A stretch of 64,000 nucleotides of DNA. Source: Lachnospiraceae bacterium (lineage in GTDB: Archaea > Thermoplasmatota > Thermoplasmata > Methanomassiliicoccales > Methanomethylophilaceae). The notes beneath the pieces were generated by a model. That model saw only the letters and a program-made list of their open reading frames with translations, did not search any database and was not told the origin of the DNA. Of this stretch, positions 30,227 to 39,898 are shown one piece after another (position 1 is the stretch's first letter; every line of letters begins with the position of its first letter). The DNA is taken from NCBI GenBank assembly GCA_963645865.1, contig CAVIUM010000001.1, positions 35,858 through 99,857 of the forward strand, written 5' to 3'. Both the position numbers and the translations under genes were made by a program.

Positions 30227-31106
30227 TCCTGTCGCCGTACTCGTATATCGCCAATCCGGACAGCGTCAGCGCCACACCGGCCGCGGACATCGCCGTGACG
30301 GGCTCGCCCAGGAATATGGCGGACACGATCATCGTGACCACCGGCATCAGATACAGGTACACGCCGACCCCGACGGCCCCGAGGACCTTCGTGGAGTAGG
30401 CCCACGTGGAGAAGCATATCGCGGATGCGCCCAACCCCAGGAAGAGGAAGTTGGCGATGGTCGATACCTCCCCGAACGCTCCCCAATCCGGGTCGAATCC
30501 CGTGATGAACAGGAAGGGCACCGTGAAGATCAGCCCGTACATGAACGTCCTGCGCGTGATCTGCATCTCGCCGTATCCGAACGACGAGATCTTCTTGATC
30601 AGGACGCAGTAGACGGACCACAGGAGGGCGGAGGCGATCGCGATGAGATCGCCCAGGGGGTTGAACTCCAGCTCCGCACCGTTGAAGGATATCAGAGCCA
30701 CCCCGACGATGGACACGGCGAATCCCAGGAAGAACCATCCGCGGAGCCTCTCCTCGCCCGGCAGGAAGAGATGGACCATTATCGCGGTGAAGAACGGGGA
30801 CATGGCCACGATGACCGCGATGTTCGACGACATGGTGTACAGCAGCGCGGTGTTCTCGAGCATGTAGCTCAGGCAGATCCCCGTCAATCCGGCCAGGATG
30901 AAGTAGACCTCCTGACGGCGGTCCTCCAGATGCAGGACCCTGGGGCACATGACGCAGAGCGCCAGGAACCCTATCAGGAATCTGATGAACAGGATCTCCG
31001 CGGGCGAGAAATCGTCCAGGAGGATCTTGGTGGAGATGAACGTGGATCCCCAGATCAGGATCGTGAACAGGGCGAGCGCATGGCCCGCCGTTATCTCTCT
31101 GCCCAT
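30207..31106 (-). CDS. DMT/EamA family transporter
   Basis: IWGSTFISTK, about 10 TM helices, YLYLMPV. Confidence 0.9.
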   Translation of the reverse strand: MGREITAGHALALFTILIWGSTFISTKILLDDFSPAEILFIRFLIGFLALCVMCPRVLHLEDRRQEVYFILAGLTGICLSYMLENTALLYTMSSNIAVIVAMSPFFTAIMVHLFLPGEERLRGWFFLGFAVSIVGVALISFNGAELEFNPLGDLIAIASALLWSVYCVLIKKISSFGYGEMQITRRTFMYGLIFTVPFLFITGFDPDWGAFGEVSTIANFLFLGLGASAICFSTWAYSTKVLGAVGVGVYLYLMPVVTMIVSAIFLGEPVTAMSAAGVALTLSGLAIYEYGDRIRTGGP

Positions 31107-31110
31107 GGTA

Positions 31111-32025
31111 TCATCCGATATCCAGGCGGACCCTCCTTCCGCCGAACTGCGATATGGCCAATCCCACGAGGGTCATGGCAGCTCCGGTGACCGACATCGC
31201 GGTCAGTACCTCGCCGAGGAATATCGCGGACAGGACCATCGTGACCACCGGGATCAGATAGAGGTAGACGTTGAGGCTGACCGCACCCAGCCTCTTCAAC
31301 GAGAAGCCCCAGGTCACGAAGCATATCGCCGAAGCACCGACTCCCAGGAACAGGATGTGCCCCGCGAGGGTCGGGTCGCCGAAAGCGCCCCAATCGGGAT
31401 CGAACCCCATGGCCAGGGCGAACGGCAGCATCCACAGCAGCCCGTACATGAACGTCCTCCTGGTGACAGGGATCGTGTCGTAACCGAACGCGGAGATCTT
31501 CTTCAGCAGGACCGAGTAAACGGACCAGGTCAGGGCCGCCAGGACGGCGAGGAGGTCTCCCAGCGGATTGAGCTCGAAGGACGCGCCGTTGAACGATACC
31601 AGTGCGATACCGGTGAGGGACACCGCGAATCCGAGGAAGAACCATCTGGTCAGGGGTTCTTCCCCCGGACAGAAGAAGTGCATCAGTATCCCGGTGAAGA
31701 AAGGAGACACGGCAACGATCACCCCGACGTTGGACGTCAGAGTGTAGGTGAGCGCGATGTTCTCCATCAGGAAGTACATGCAGGCACCCGTCAGTCCGGC
31801 GAACACGAAGTAGACCTCGCGACGGATGTCGCCGATGCGGAGCAGATGGGGATAGATGGCGAAGAGCGCCAGGAATCCTATCAGGAACCTGATGACGAGG
31901 ATCTCGATCGGTGTGAAGTGATCGAGGAGTATCTTCGTCGAGATGAAGGTGGCTCCCCAGACGACCACGGTGCACAATGCCACCAGGTGTCCGACCGAGC
32001 TCCTTCCGTCCATACAGCCACCCAA
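31111..32025 (-). CDS. DMT/EamA family transporter (tandem paralogue)
   Basis: VWGATFISTK and YLYLIPV; highly similar to the adjacent gene. Confidence 0.9.
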   Translation of the reverse strand: MGGCMDGRSSVGHLVALCTVVVWGATFISTKILLDHFTPIEILVIRFLIGFLALFAIYPHLLRIGDIRREVYFVFAGLTGACMYFLMENIALTYTLTSNVGVIVAVSPFFTGILMHFFCPGEEPLTRWFFLGFAVSLTGIALVSFNGASFELNPLGDLLAVLAALTWSVYSVLLKKISAFGYDTIPVTRRTFMYGLLWMLPFALAMGFDPDWGAFGDPTLAGHILFLGVGASAICFVTWGFSLKRLGAVSLNVYLYLIPVVTMVLSAIFLGEVLTAMSVTGAAMTLVGLAISQFGGRRVRLDIG

Positions 32026-32186
32026 CTGGAATCTGTATATAGCGATTATCGGGAGAGGACGGCGTTTTACAAGTTGCTATTTTGCTGCTCGCGGGAAACG
32101 GGGGTCGACATTTTGCAAGGGTGGCTGGACATTTTCATCATACCCGCCCTTTAATATGGACCTCACCCGTTCCAGGACCGATCAGA

Positions 32187-32852
32187 ATGACCACAGGGGT
32201 TTCATTGGAGCAGGCGGCGAACGAAGGGGACATGGATGCCCAGTTCCAACTGGGAGTCAAGTATCTCTACGGTACCGATGTCACGAAGGACACCGCCAAG
32301 GCTGCGGAGCTGTTCTCCAAGGCCATGGCGCAGGGCCATGTCCCGGCCATGAGGGAGTACGGCATCCTCCTCGCCTCGGGCGACGGTGTCGAGCCGGATC
32401 CGGAGAAGGGGGCGCAGATCCTCGGCAAGGCCGCGGACGAGCTGGATCCCAGCGCCATGTACCATCTCGGGCTGATGTTCGAGAACGGCATCGGCGTGGC
32501 CCAGGACAGGCAGAAGGCCGTCAGGCTCCTGGCGTACGCCGCGATGATGGGCTATCCCGGCGCGGATATCGACGCCCAGCGTCTGGACGACATCCTCACA
32601 GAGGAGCGCAACGCGAAGCTGAAGGCCAGGCCCGTGATCAAGCTGCAGCTCTCCGACGTCGATGTCGAGGCGGCATGCTGCCCCAAGATGCTCGAGGACC
32701 TCCTCGGACAATACATGGTGTTCACGGAGAGCGAAGAGGGTCCCGCCCTGCTCGGCGACGATGCCAAGGGCATAGAGACCGTTTTCCACTCCTGCCCCTA
32801 CTGCGGGGCCAAGATTCAGATCGTTCCCAGGGACAAGGTCCACTGGGGATGA
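32187..32852 (+). CDS. Sel1-repeat protein with C-terminal Cys-rich domain
   Basis: Three to four Sel1 repeats, then CCPKM...CPYCGAKI. Confidence 0.85.
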   Translation: MTTGVSLEQAANEGDMDAQFQLGVKYLYGTDVTKDTAKAAELFSKAMAQGHVPAMREYGILLASGDGVEPDPEKGAQILGKAADELDPSAMYHLGLMFENGIGVAQDRQKAVRLLAYAAMMGYPGADIDAQRLDDILTEERNAKLKARPVIKLQLSDVDVEAACCPKMLEDLLGQYMVFTESEEGPALLGDDAKGIETVFHSCPYCGAKIQIVPRDKVHWG

Positions 32853-32892
32853 ACTTCTTACGGACGGGGAGACCTGTCCGAACCTTTTTTAA

Positions 32893-32980
32893 AAAGTGAA
32901 TGTGCAAAAACCTGCTTCATTCTAAGAAAGTGAATGTGCAAAAACCTGCTTCATTCTAAGAAAGTGAATGTGCAAAAACC
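32893..32980. repeat. Tandem direct repeat, 34 bp unit, about 2.6 copies
   Basis: aaagtgaatgtgcaaaaacctgcttcattctaag at 32893 and 32927, partial at 32961; no spacers. Confidence 0.9.
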
Positions 32981-33048
32981 CTGCAACCATCCGGGGCCCC
33001 ATCTTCCTTCGAGAGGGTTCTGGGTGGTATCAGATACCTTTGCTGCGA

Positions 33049-34008
33049 TCGCTCGCGCGATATCCTCGCCAGGAAATCAACCGCCTCGGGGCTTCCGATC
33101 TCCGCGGCAAGCTTCGCCAGGCCGACGCCCCTGCTCTCGTTGAGCTCCACTCCTTCGCCGTTGTAATAGAGCATCCCGAGCATGAATATCGCCAGGGGAT
33201 CCCAGGAAAGAGCGGCGTTAGAGAACAGGTCGTGGGCCTTGTTGTAGTTCATCGGCACCCCGGTCCCCGAATAATACATCATTCCGAGGGTGAGCATCGC
33301 ATCGGGGTCGCGGCGTTCCACGGATGCCGTGAGCATCTTCGCGGCGAGTTCCGGATCGCGTTCGACCCCTTCGCCGTGCAGATACCTCAGACCGACGAGG
33401 TACAGCGCATGGGGGTCGCCCTTGCTCGCGGCCTCGGTGTACCACTTCATCGCCATCATCGCATCGGCTTCGACGCCCTGCCCGTTCTCGTACATCCTGC
33501 CGAGGTTGAACATGGCGTCCATGTTGCCCTGTTCGGCCGACAGGGAGAACATGCGGAATGCCTCCGCCGGATCCTTGCGGACGCCCCATCCGTTGAAGTA
33601 GAGGATCCCGAGGTTGCATTGGGCGGCGGCGTGGCCCTTGTCAGCCGCCAGCATGTACCATTTGGCGGCCTCCATCTTATTGACGGCGATGCCCTCGCCC
33701 TTGTCGCACATGTATCCGAGTCCGTATTGAGCCTCGACGTATCCCTGGTTAGCGGATTTGCGGTACCATTGGATGGCATCCATCTTGTCCATCGGGACTC
33801 CGATACCGTAGCAGCGGAAGTAGCCGAAGGTGTACTGGGCTGCCGGGACTCCGGCGTTGGCGGCGACTCCGATGAAGGCGACGGCCTGCACGAGATCGCG
33901 TTCGACGCCGTCCCCTTCATAGTACTTCTTTCCGAGGAGGTACTGGGCCTCGGCATCCCCGCGCTCGCTCCTCGCGGTCAATTCCAAGACAGAAGGGTCG
34001 TCCGTCAT
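33049..34008 (-). CDS. Sel1-repeat protein (CGA-terminated)
   Basis: About 8 Sel1 repeats; CGA at 33049-51 right after the last helix (EAVDFLARISRE). An alternative TTG start lies at 34047. Confidence 0.9.
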
Positions 34009-34274
34009 GCTATCGGGCTTGAATTGGAACTGGGTGGTATTTGGCAATTTCTGTCATGAAATCTGCATGTATAAAAAAGGGACCCCGAGTGTTACGAATT
34101 CAAGTTCCGTAATAATCTGTTAGGATGAGTTTTGTAAAGGGTTAGACATAGTATTTAATTATTACTGTTAATCGAATTCGAGCGAGGGTATAGTTTTATA
34201 AACTCACCGTGACATGGAATAGCATTGGATAATGCATCCAATGAATGAAATAATCCATTCCGGCAGGGAATTAC

Positions 34275-35741
34275 ATGGATAAGAACGTCAAGATAATAGC
34301 AGCTGTGGCTATCGTCATAATAATTGTCGCGGCTGCATTCGTTGTGCTGAACAACGGGAACAAATCCAGTGACAATGGAGATGGAACCGAGGCAAGCAAG
34401 AACAAGTCCGATCTCAACAAGATGCTCACGCAGTGGGACGAGGGGACCACAACCCCCTACCCTGCACGTCTGATGATCCTCGGAAACGCGAACTGCGACG
34501 ATGACATCACGCAGGCCGACATCACCTACATCGAGAACCTCATCAAGAACGGATACAAGTACACCGACGAGTTCATGGCAGACGCCAACTTCGACGGCGT
34601 CATCGACGAGAAGGACATCGAGCTCGTGAAGGAGCTCATCAACAAGGACTCCTACAAGGGCAAGGTCAACTACATCAACTGCAACTACAAGATCAGGACC
34701 TTCGACATGGGGGTTCCTCTCAAACTCGCGAACATTCTCACTCAGACCCTTGAGATGGAGATGATCCTCGCTCCCGACAACATCGTAGCTACCGACTACA
34801 GGGCCAACACCCCCGCCAACGGCGGACAGTCCACGTTCTGGACAGAGTATGCCTCCGTGATCGACTACAGCAAGGTCGGGAACATCGGGAGCCACAAGAC
34901 CCCCAACGCGGAAGAGCTCGCCGCGGTCGCCAAGAATTACGGCGACGGCTACCTCACCGTCTGGTTCAACTCCGAGCACGCCAACAACACCGGATACCTC
35001 GAGGATGCCCTCGCCGGCACCAACGTGCAGATCCTCCGTCTCCCCTCCTGGGAGAACGGGGCCACCGCCAACGGTATGCTCACCGCGGGATACATGTTCC
35101 ACAACTACAGCAAGGCCGTCGAGTGGGTCACCTGGTACGACGGGGTCATGAAGGATATCACCGACAGGGTCGCCAAGCTCACCGATGCTGACAAGAAGAA
35201 GGTCCTCGGATCCTACCTGTACACGTCTGAGAACAAGAACTCCGGAACCTACGATATCTTCAAGGGAGACTCCGGCGAGTATCAGAACCTCCTCAGGCTC
35301 GGCATCGTCGACCTCGTCAAGGAGATCGACCTCTCCGGAAGCAGGTCCTGGAAGGAGACCCTGACCGACGAGCAGTTCGCGCAGCTCTGCAAGACCTCCG
35401 GTTGCGACCTCATGGTCGGGACCGTTCCCGGACCCTTCGGAGCCGTCAACAACGAGGTCATCACCGCCGACTACCTCAAGCAGATCTACCAGCAGCGTCT
35501 GAGCGGAATCAGGGAGTACACCGACGGAGACGTCGACCTGATCGTCTACGGTTGGATCTGGGCCTCCGGCCCCATGGAGCTGACCTTCCTGGCCACAGTC
35601 GGCAACTACCTGTACGACTGGGGCCTCGATGTCGAGGGGATCACCAACCAGGGACTGAAGTTCATGGGAATCTACGGTACCGGCGAATACCAGTACACGT
35701 ACGACACCGTCAAGGACGTCCTTTTCTACGAGGGCGAGTGA
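34275..35741 (+). CDS. ABC transporter substrate-binding protein (iron/cobalamin type) with dockerin-like domain
   Basis: N-terminal membrane anchor; GNANCDDDITQADI / ADANFDGVIDEKDI duplicated Ca-binding motif; upstream of a FecCD permease and ATPase. Confidence 0.82.
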   Translation: MDKNVKIIAAVAIVIIIVAAAFVVLNNGNKSSDNGDGTEASKNKSDLNKMLTQWDEGTTTPYPARLMILGNANCDDDITQADITYIENLIKNGYKYTDEFMADANFDGVIDEKDIELVKELINKDSYKGKVNYINCNYKIRTFDMGVPLKLANILTQTLEMEMILAPDNIVATDYRANTPANGGQSTFWTEYASVIDYSKVGNIGSHKTPNAEELAAVAKNYGDGYLTVWFNSEHANNTGYLEDALAGTNVQILRLPSWENGATANGMLTAGYMFHNYSKAVEWVTWYDGVMKDITDRVAKLTDADKKKVLGSYLYTSENKNSGTYDIFKGDSGEYQNLLRLGIVDLVKEIDLSGSRSWKETLTDEQFAQLCKTSGCDLMVGTVPGPFGAVNNEVITADYLKQIYQQRLSGIREYTDGDVDLIVYGWIWASGPMELTFLATVGNYLYDWGLDVEGITNQGLKFMGIYGTGEYQYTYDTVKDVLFYEGE

Positions 35742-35750
35742 TTGAAACCG

Positions 35751-35768
35751 GAGGGGCCTGAGCCCCTC
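35751..35768 (+). terminator. GC hairpin after the binding-protein gene
   Basis: gaggggc-ctga-gcccctc perfect inverted repeat. Confidence 0.5.
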
Positions 35769-35794
35769 CATTATACCATTAACGAGGCATCCGT

Positions 35795-36274
35795 TTGAGC
35801 GTGACCATCGGCGATACCGCCGTCACCATTGCCTTCGTAGCCCTTCTGGTTACGGGATCGGCGGCCACCTTCCTCGTCTACGAGGGGTGGAACACGATGT
35901 ACCCGGACGAGAGGGAGGAGTCCCACGAATACGTGTTCGAGGGGACCTACGATGGAATGCCGTGCACCGGATCCGGGACATCCGAGCACATCGGATTCCG
36001 CGGAGGATACCGGCTCTACACGCTCAGCATCTCGATGGAGTCAGGCGATGTCCGCGACAGCGCATCGCTGAACCTCATATTCGATGGAAACGACAGCCTC
36101 GACACAACCCTCTACACCCTGGTCGGCGAGGATGACCTCGACGGCAAGAGGGTGACCGTCTGGACGCGCACCGAGAACGATGTCGACTATACGCTGTTCG
36201 TCTCCGAAGGATGCCTTCTGGAGTCGATCGCGATGTCTTCTCCGCATTACAGACTGACCGGCAGCGTCATCTGA
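35795..36274 (+). CDS. Membrane-anchored hypothetical protein
   Basis: N-terminal TM segment followed by a beta-rich acidic domain; start uncertain. Confidence 0.65.
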   Translation: MSVTIGDTAVTIAFVALLVTGSAATFLVYEGWNTMYPDEREESHEYVFEGTYDGMPCTGSGTSEHIGFRGGYRLYTLSISMESGDVRDSASLNLIFDGNDSLDTTLYTLVGEDDLDGKRVTVWTRTENDVDYTLFVSEGCLLESIAMSSPHYRLTGSVI

Positions 36275-36290
36275 CGCTGGAGAGGATACA

Positions 36291-37439
36291 ATGGCCAAAT
36301 TGAAATTGAGAACGAAGATCGCCGATGCGCAGCATAAGATTAGGCTGTCCGGCGACTATATCGGCAAACTGCAGAGCGCCGGTGAAGGGGAGACCGATAA
36401 CGAGGCCATCATCCGGCACTACAAGGCGTACAAGTACGCCAAGAACCTGATGCTCATCGTCGTCCTCATCCTGGCGCTCATAGTGCTCGCCGTCGATGTG
36501 GGGATGGGACCCTACAAGCTGGATTTCGTCACCGTGTACCAGCTCATCTTCGACAGATTGGGCGACTGGGGCCAGGAGATGAGCACCGATATGAGGATCA
36601 TCTGGAACCTGCGTCTCCCGCGTGTTCTGGCCGCATTGTTGGCAGGAACCGGTCTCGCCATGGCCGGAGCCGCCATGCAGAGCATGATGAAGAATCCGCT
36701 GGCCGACCCCTACACCACGGGTATCTCGTCGGGAGCCGCTCTCGGAGCCACCCTGGCGATGACCATGGGCATCTGCCTCGTCCCCGGGGATTACGGGACC
36801 GTCATCAACGCGTTCGTCTTCGCGCTGATCCCCGCGGCATTCATCATACTGATATCCACATTCCGCAAACCCTCCCCTGCGACGATCATCCTTTCCGGTA
36901 TCGCGCTGATGTACATCTTCAACGCGATCCAGTCGTACCTGATGCTCGTCGCCGATCCGAACGCCGCTTCATCGGTGTACTCCTGGACCGTGGGTTCGCT
37001 CAACAGCATAACCTGGAACAACCTCCCGTTCCTGTTCGCCGTCTCGCTCTTCGGCGGAATCGCCCTGATGAGCATGGCGAAGATCCTGAACACGATGAAC
37101 TCCGGGGATGCCTATTCCAAGAGCATCGGTATCAACATCAACCGCGCCCGCATGATCGTGCTGGTCGTCGTCTCGCTTATGGCGGCCGGCATTGTTTCCT
37201 TCACGGGTATCATCGGATTCATCGGACTGGTCGGACCGCACATCGCCCGTATGTTCGTGGGATCGGACAACAAGATCCTCATCCCCGCGGCGGCGCTGAT
37301 GGGTGCCTGCATCATGATGGTCTCCGACTGCATCGTGCAGATGGTCATGCCCAGCCTGCCCATCGGAATCATCACGTCCATCCTCGGAGGGCCGGTGTTC
37401 ATGCTGCTCATCCTGAGGCAGAAGAAGGAGATCTGGTGA
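36291..37439 (+). CDS. FecCD/BtuC family ABC permease
   Basis: IIWNLRLPR, KNPLADPYTTGISSGA and GIIGFIGLVGPHIAR. Confidence 0.94.
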   Translation: MAKLKLRTKIADAQHKIRLSGDYIGKLQSAGEGETDNEAIIRHYKAYKYAKNLMLIVVLILALIVLAVDVGMGPYKLDFVTVYQLIFDRLGDWGQEMSTDMRIIWNLRLPRVLAALLAGTGLAMAGAAMQSMMKNPLADPYTTGISSGAALGATLAMTMGICLVPGDYGTVINAFVFALIPAAFIILISTFRKPSPATIILSGIALMYIFNAIQSYLMLVADPNAASSVYSWTVGSLNSITWNNLPFLFAVSLFGGIALMSMAKILNTMNSGDAYSKSIGININRARMIVLVVVSLMAAGIVSFTGIIGFIGLVGPHIARMFVGSDNKILIPAAALMGACIMMVSDCIVQMVMPSLPIGIITSILGGPVFMLLILRQKKEIW

Positions 37440-37440
37440 C

Positions 37441-38319
37441 ATGACGATCGACATCGAGATTGAGAACCTGGGCGTCTCCTACGGGGACGTCTGCGTCTGG
37501 AAGAACATCGATCTGAAGATGAACGAGCCGGGTCTGATCAGCATCCTCGGACCCAACGGGGTCGGGAAGTCGACTCTGATGTACACCCTCAACAAGATCC
37601 TCGAACCTACTGAGGGGAGGGTGGTCATCGACGGGAAGGACGTCGAGGAGATGACCTTCAAGGATGTCGCGAAGAAGATCGCCTACGTCCCCCAGACCTC
37701 CGGCGAGACCTTCGCCATGACCGTGATGGATACCGTACTGATGGGGAGGTATCCCCATTCCGGCTACGCCGTCACGAAGGAGGACCTGGAGATCGCCGCT
37801 GACTGCATCACCAAGATGCACATGGCCGAATACGCCATGAGGTTCTTCAACGAGCTCTCGGCCGGTCAGCATCAGAGGGTGATGATCGCCCGCGGACTGG
37901 CACAGGAACCGGAGCTGCTGATGCTGGACGAGCCCACATCCAACCTGGATATCTACCACCAGATCTACACAATGAGGCTCCTCCGCGACATAGCTCACGA
38001 GCGCGGAATCATCGTGCTGGTCATCTGCCACGATCTGAACATCGCATCCAGATTCTCCGACAGGGTCATCCTGTTCAGCAACGGATGCGTCTACGCCGAC
38101 GGAACCGCGCCCGAGGTCATCACCGAGGACACCATCTACAGGGTCTACAACGTGAAGGCCGACGTGCAGGATGTCGACGGCAGGCCGTACGTGATCTTCC
38201 ACGCCGACGACAGCTGCCTCCCCGTGGATCCGGAGATGCGCAAGCTGGAGAAGCAGTGCGGAAACGACGGGAACATCGTCCTCGAAGTGGTCGAGGACAT
38301 GGAAGATCCCGGCGACTGA
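37441..38319 (+). CDS. ABC transporter ATP-binding protein (FecE/BtuD type)
   Basis: GPNGVGKST, LSAGQHQRV, LDEPTSNLD and HDLN. Confidence 0.95.
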   Translation: MTIDIEIENLGVSYGDVCVWKNIDLKMNEPGLISILGPNGVGKSTLMYTLNKILEPTEGRVVIDGKDVEEMTFKDVAKKIAYVPQTSGETFAMTVMDTVLMGRYPHSGYAVTKEDLEIAADCITKMHMAEYAMRFFNELSAGQHQRVMIARGLAQEPELLMLDEPTSNLDIYHQIYTMRLLRDIAHERGIIVLVICHDLNIASRFSDRVILFSNGCVYADGTAPEVITEDTIYRVYNVKADVQDVDGRPYVIFHADDSCLPVDPEMRKLEKQCGNDGNIVLEVVEDMEDPGD

Positions 38320-38345
38320 AACCTTTCAGGGCCCTCCGGGGCCCC

Positions 38346-39740
38346 TCATCCCTTTCTGAGAGATATCATCGAACCGACGCGGATGTCCCCTCCGCCCATC
38401 TCCTTCACGAGGCTCCTGACCGCGTGATAGGCGAATACCGATATCACGAACATCATGGTGAAGTTCGTGACATCGCAGGCCCAGAAGATGGCCTCCATCG
38501 AATAGAAGCTGGCGATGTAGAACGTCCCGAGGAACAGCAGCTCCCTGGCGAGGGTGAGTACGCTGGAGAGCATCGCATGACGGGTGGCCTGCAGAATGGA
38601 AGTTCCCACCAGGCGGAACGTGTGGAAGACGCAGGTCAAAGTGAAAATCCTCAATGCCAGCGTCATCTGCCCGCGGACCGCCTCCATGCTCTCCGAGTTC
38701 ATGAACAGCCCGACAAGGATGTCGGCGAAGATGAATATTGAGACCATGCAGACGAACCCGATGCCCAATGTGATGCGGTACGCGATCCTGCAGCTCTCGA
38801 GGACCTTCTCCGGACTGTTCTGACCGATATCGGCGGATATGATCGGGATGAGCGACTTGGATATCGCGTTCGCCGGGATCAGGGCCATGTCGATGAACTT
38901 GAACGCATAGGTGTACGCGACCATCCCCGTGTTACCCCCGCAGGAGAACACGATTGCGTTCTGAGGGATCATCAGCAGCGGGGCGACGAACATCTCCAGG
39001 GCGCAGGGCCCGCCGACGGTCACCAGGTCGCGGTTGACGGCCCTGTCGGGTCTGAATCCCCTGAAGCGCATCTTCACATAGGTGCGGCCGGAGAGGTAGT
39101 ACCAGAATCCGACAACGGTGACTGCGACATAGGAAAGGCATGTGGCTATCGAGGCACCTTCCAATCCCATATCCAACCCGTAGATGAACAAGGGGTCCAG
39201 GACGATGTTGATGGCAGATGCCAGTATGGACATGCCCATGCAGACCAGCGAGGCTCCCTCCGCACGCAATATGCCGACCCAGACGGAGTTCATCATCAGG
39301 AAGAACGACATGATCAGGAACGGACGGGTGTACTCCATGCACGCCTCGACGTTCTGCCCCTGACCGACGAATGACACGATGGGTTCTGCCAAGAACCAGA
39401 ATGCGATGCTCGTCAGAACGGACATCGCGAGGATGATGAGGATTATCGAAGGGATGGCGTTCTCGGCGGACCTCCTGTCCCCCGCGCCGATGCTCCTGGC
39501 TATTGATGCGGAGGCCCCGACGGCCATGCCGGTACCCAGGGCGACGATCATGGAGTATATGCAGCTCGAGATGGATATCGCGGAGAGCGCCTCGGAACCG
39601 AGTCCGGAGCACCACATCCCGTCCACGAAGGTCTGGAGGTTTTCGACGAGAATCGCGAGGAACAGGGGGAACGCCATGGACAGGAGCGACCTGCGCGGAT
39701 CGCTCAGGAGATTGTCCACATGGTTCCCGCCGTTCTTCAT
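38346..39740 (-). CDS. MATE family efflux transporter
   Basis: About 12 TM helices; VDGMWCSGLG, LRAEG and NIVLDPLFIY. Confidence 0.9.
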   Translation of the reverse strand: MKNGGNHVDNLLSDPRRSLLSMAFPLFLAILVENLQTFVDGMWCSGLGSEALSAISISSCIYSMIVALGTGMAVGASASIARSIGAGDRRSAENAIPSIILIILAMSVLTSIAFWFLAEPIVSFVGQGQNVEACMEYTRPFLIMSFFLMMNSVWVGILRAEGASLVCMGMSILASAINIVLDPLFIYGLDMGLEGASIATCLSYVAVTVVGFWYYLSGRTYVKMRFRGFRPDRAVNRDLVTVGGPCALEMFVAPLLMIPQNAIVFSCGGNTGMVAYTYAFKFIDMALIPANAISKSLIPIISADIGQNSPEKVLESCRIAYRITLGIGFVCMVSIFIFADILVGLFMNSESMEAVRGQMTLALRIFTLTCVFHTFRLVGTSILQATRHAMLSSVLTLARELLFLGTFYIASFYSMEAIFWACDVTNFTMMFVISVFAYHAVRSLVKEMGGGDIRVGSMISLRKG

Positions 39741-39898
39741 CGCCCCCCGCTAATGCGACCCAGCGTATAACGGTTTGTCGAATAGCAAGAACTTCGGAAA
39801 GGTAACACCACGTGCCGGAACGCAGGCAACTGTTACCAGGATTCATCCAGCATCCGACTTCTTTTATCAATAGCCAGCGCGATGCTTCATGCGTTCGC

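Noticed and set aside
32893..32980. Possible CRISPR array
   Set aside because: The units are contiguous and identical with no unique spacers, and there are no cas genes in the window.
34060..34274. Riboswitch or metal-regulator box upstream of the ABC binding protein
   Set aside because: AT-rich promoter-like DNA, but I could not identify a cobalamin riboswitch core or a convincing palindrome.
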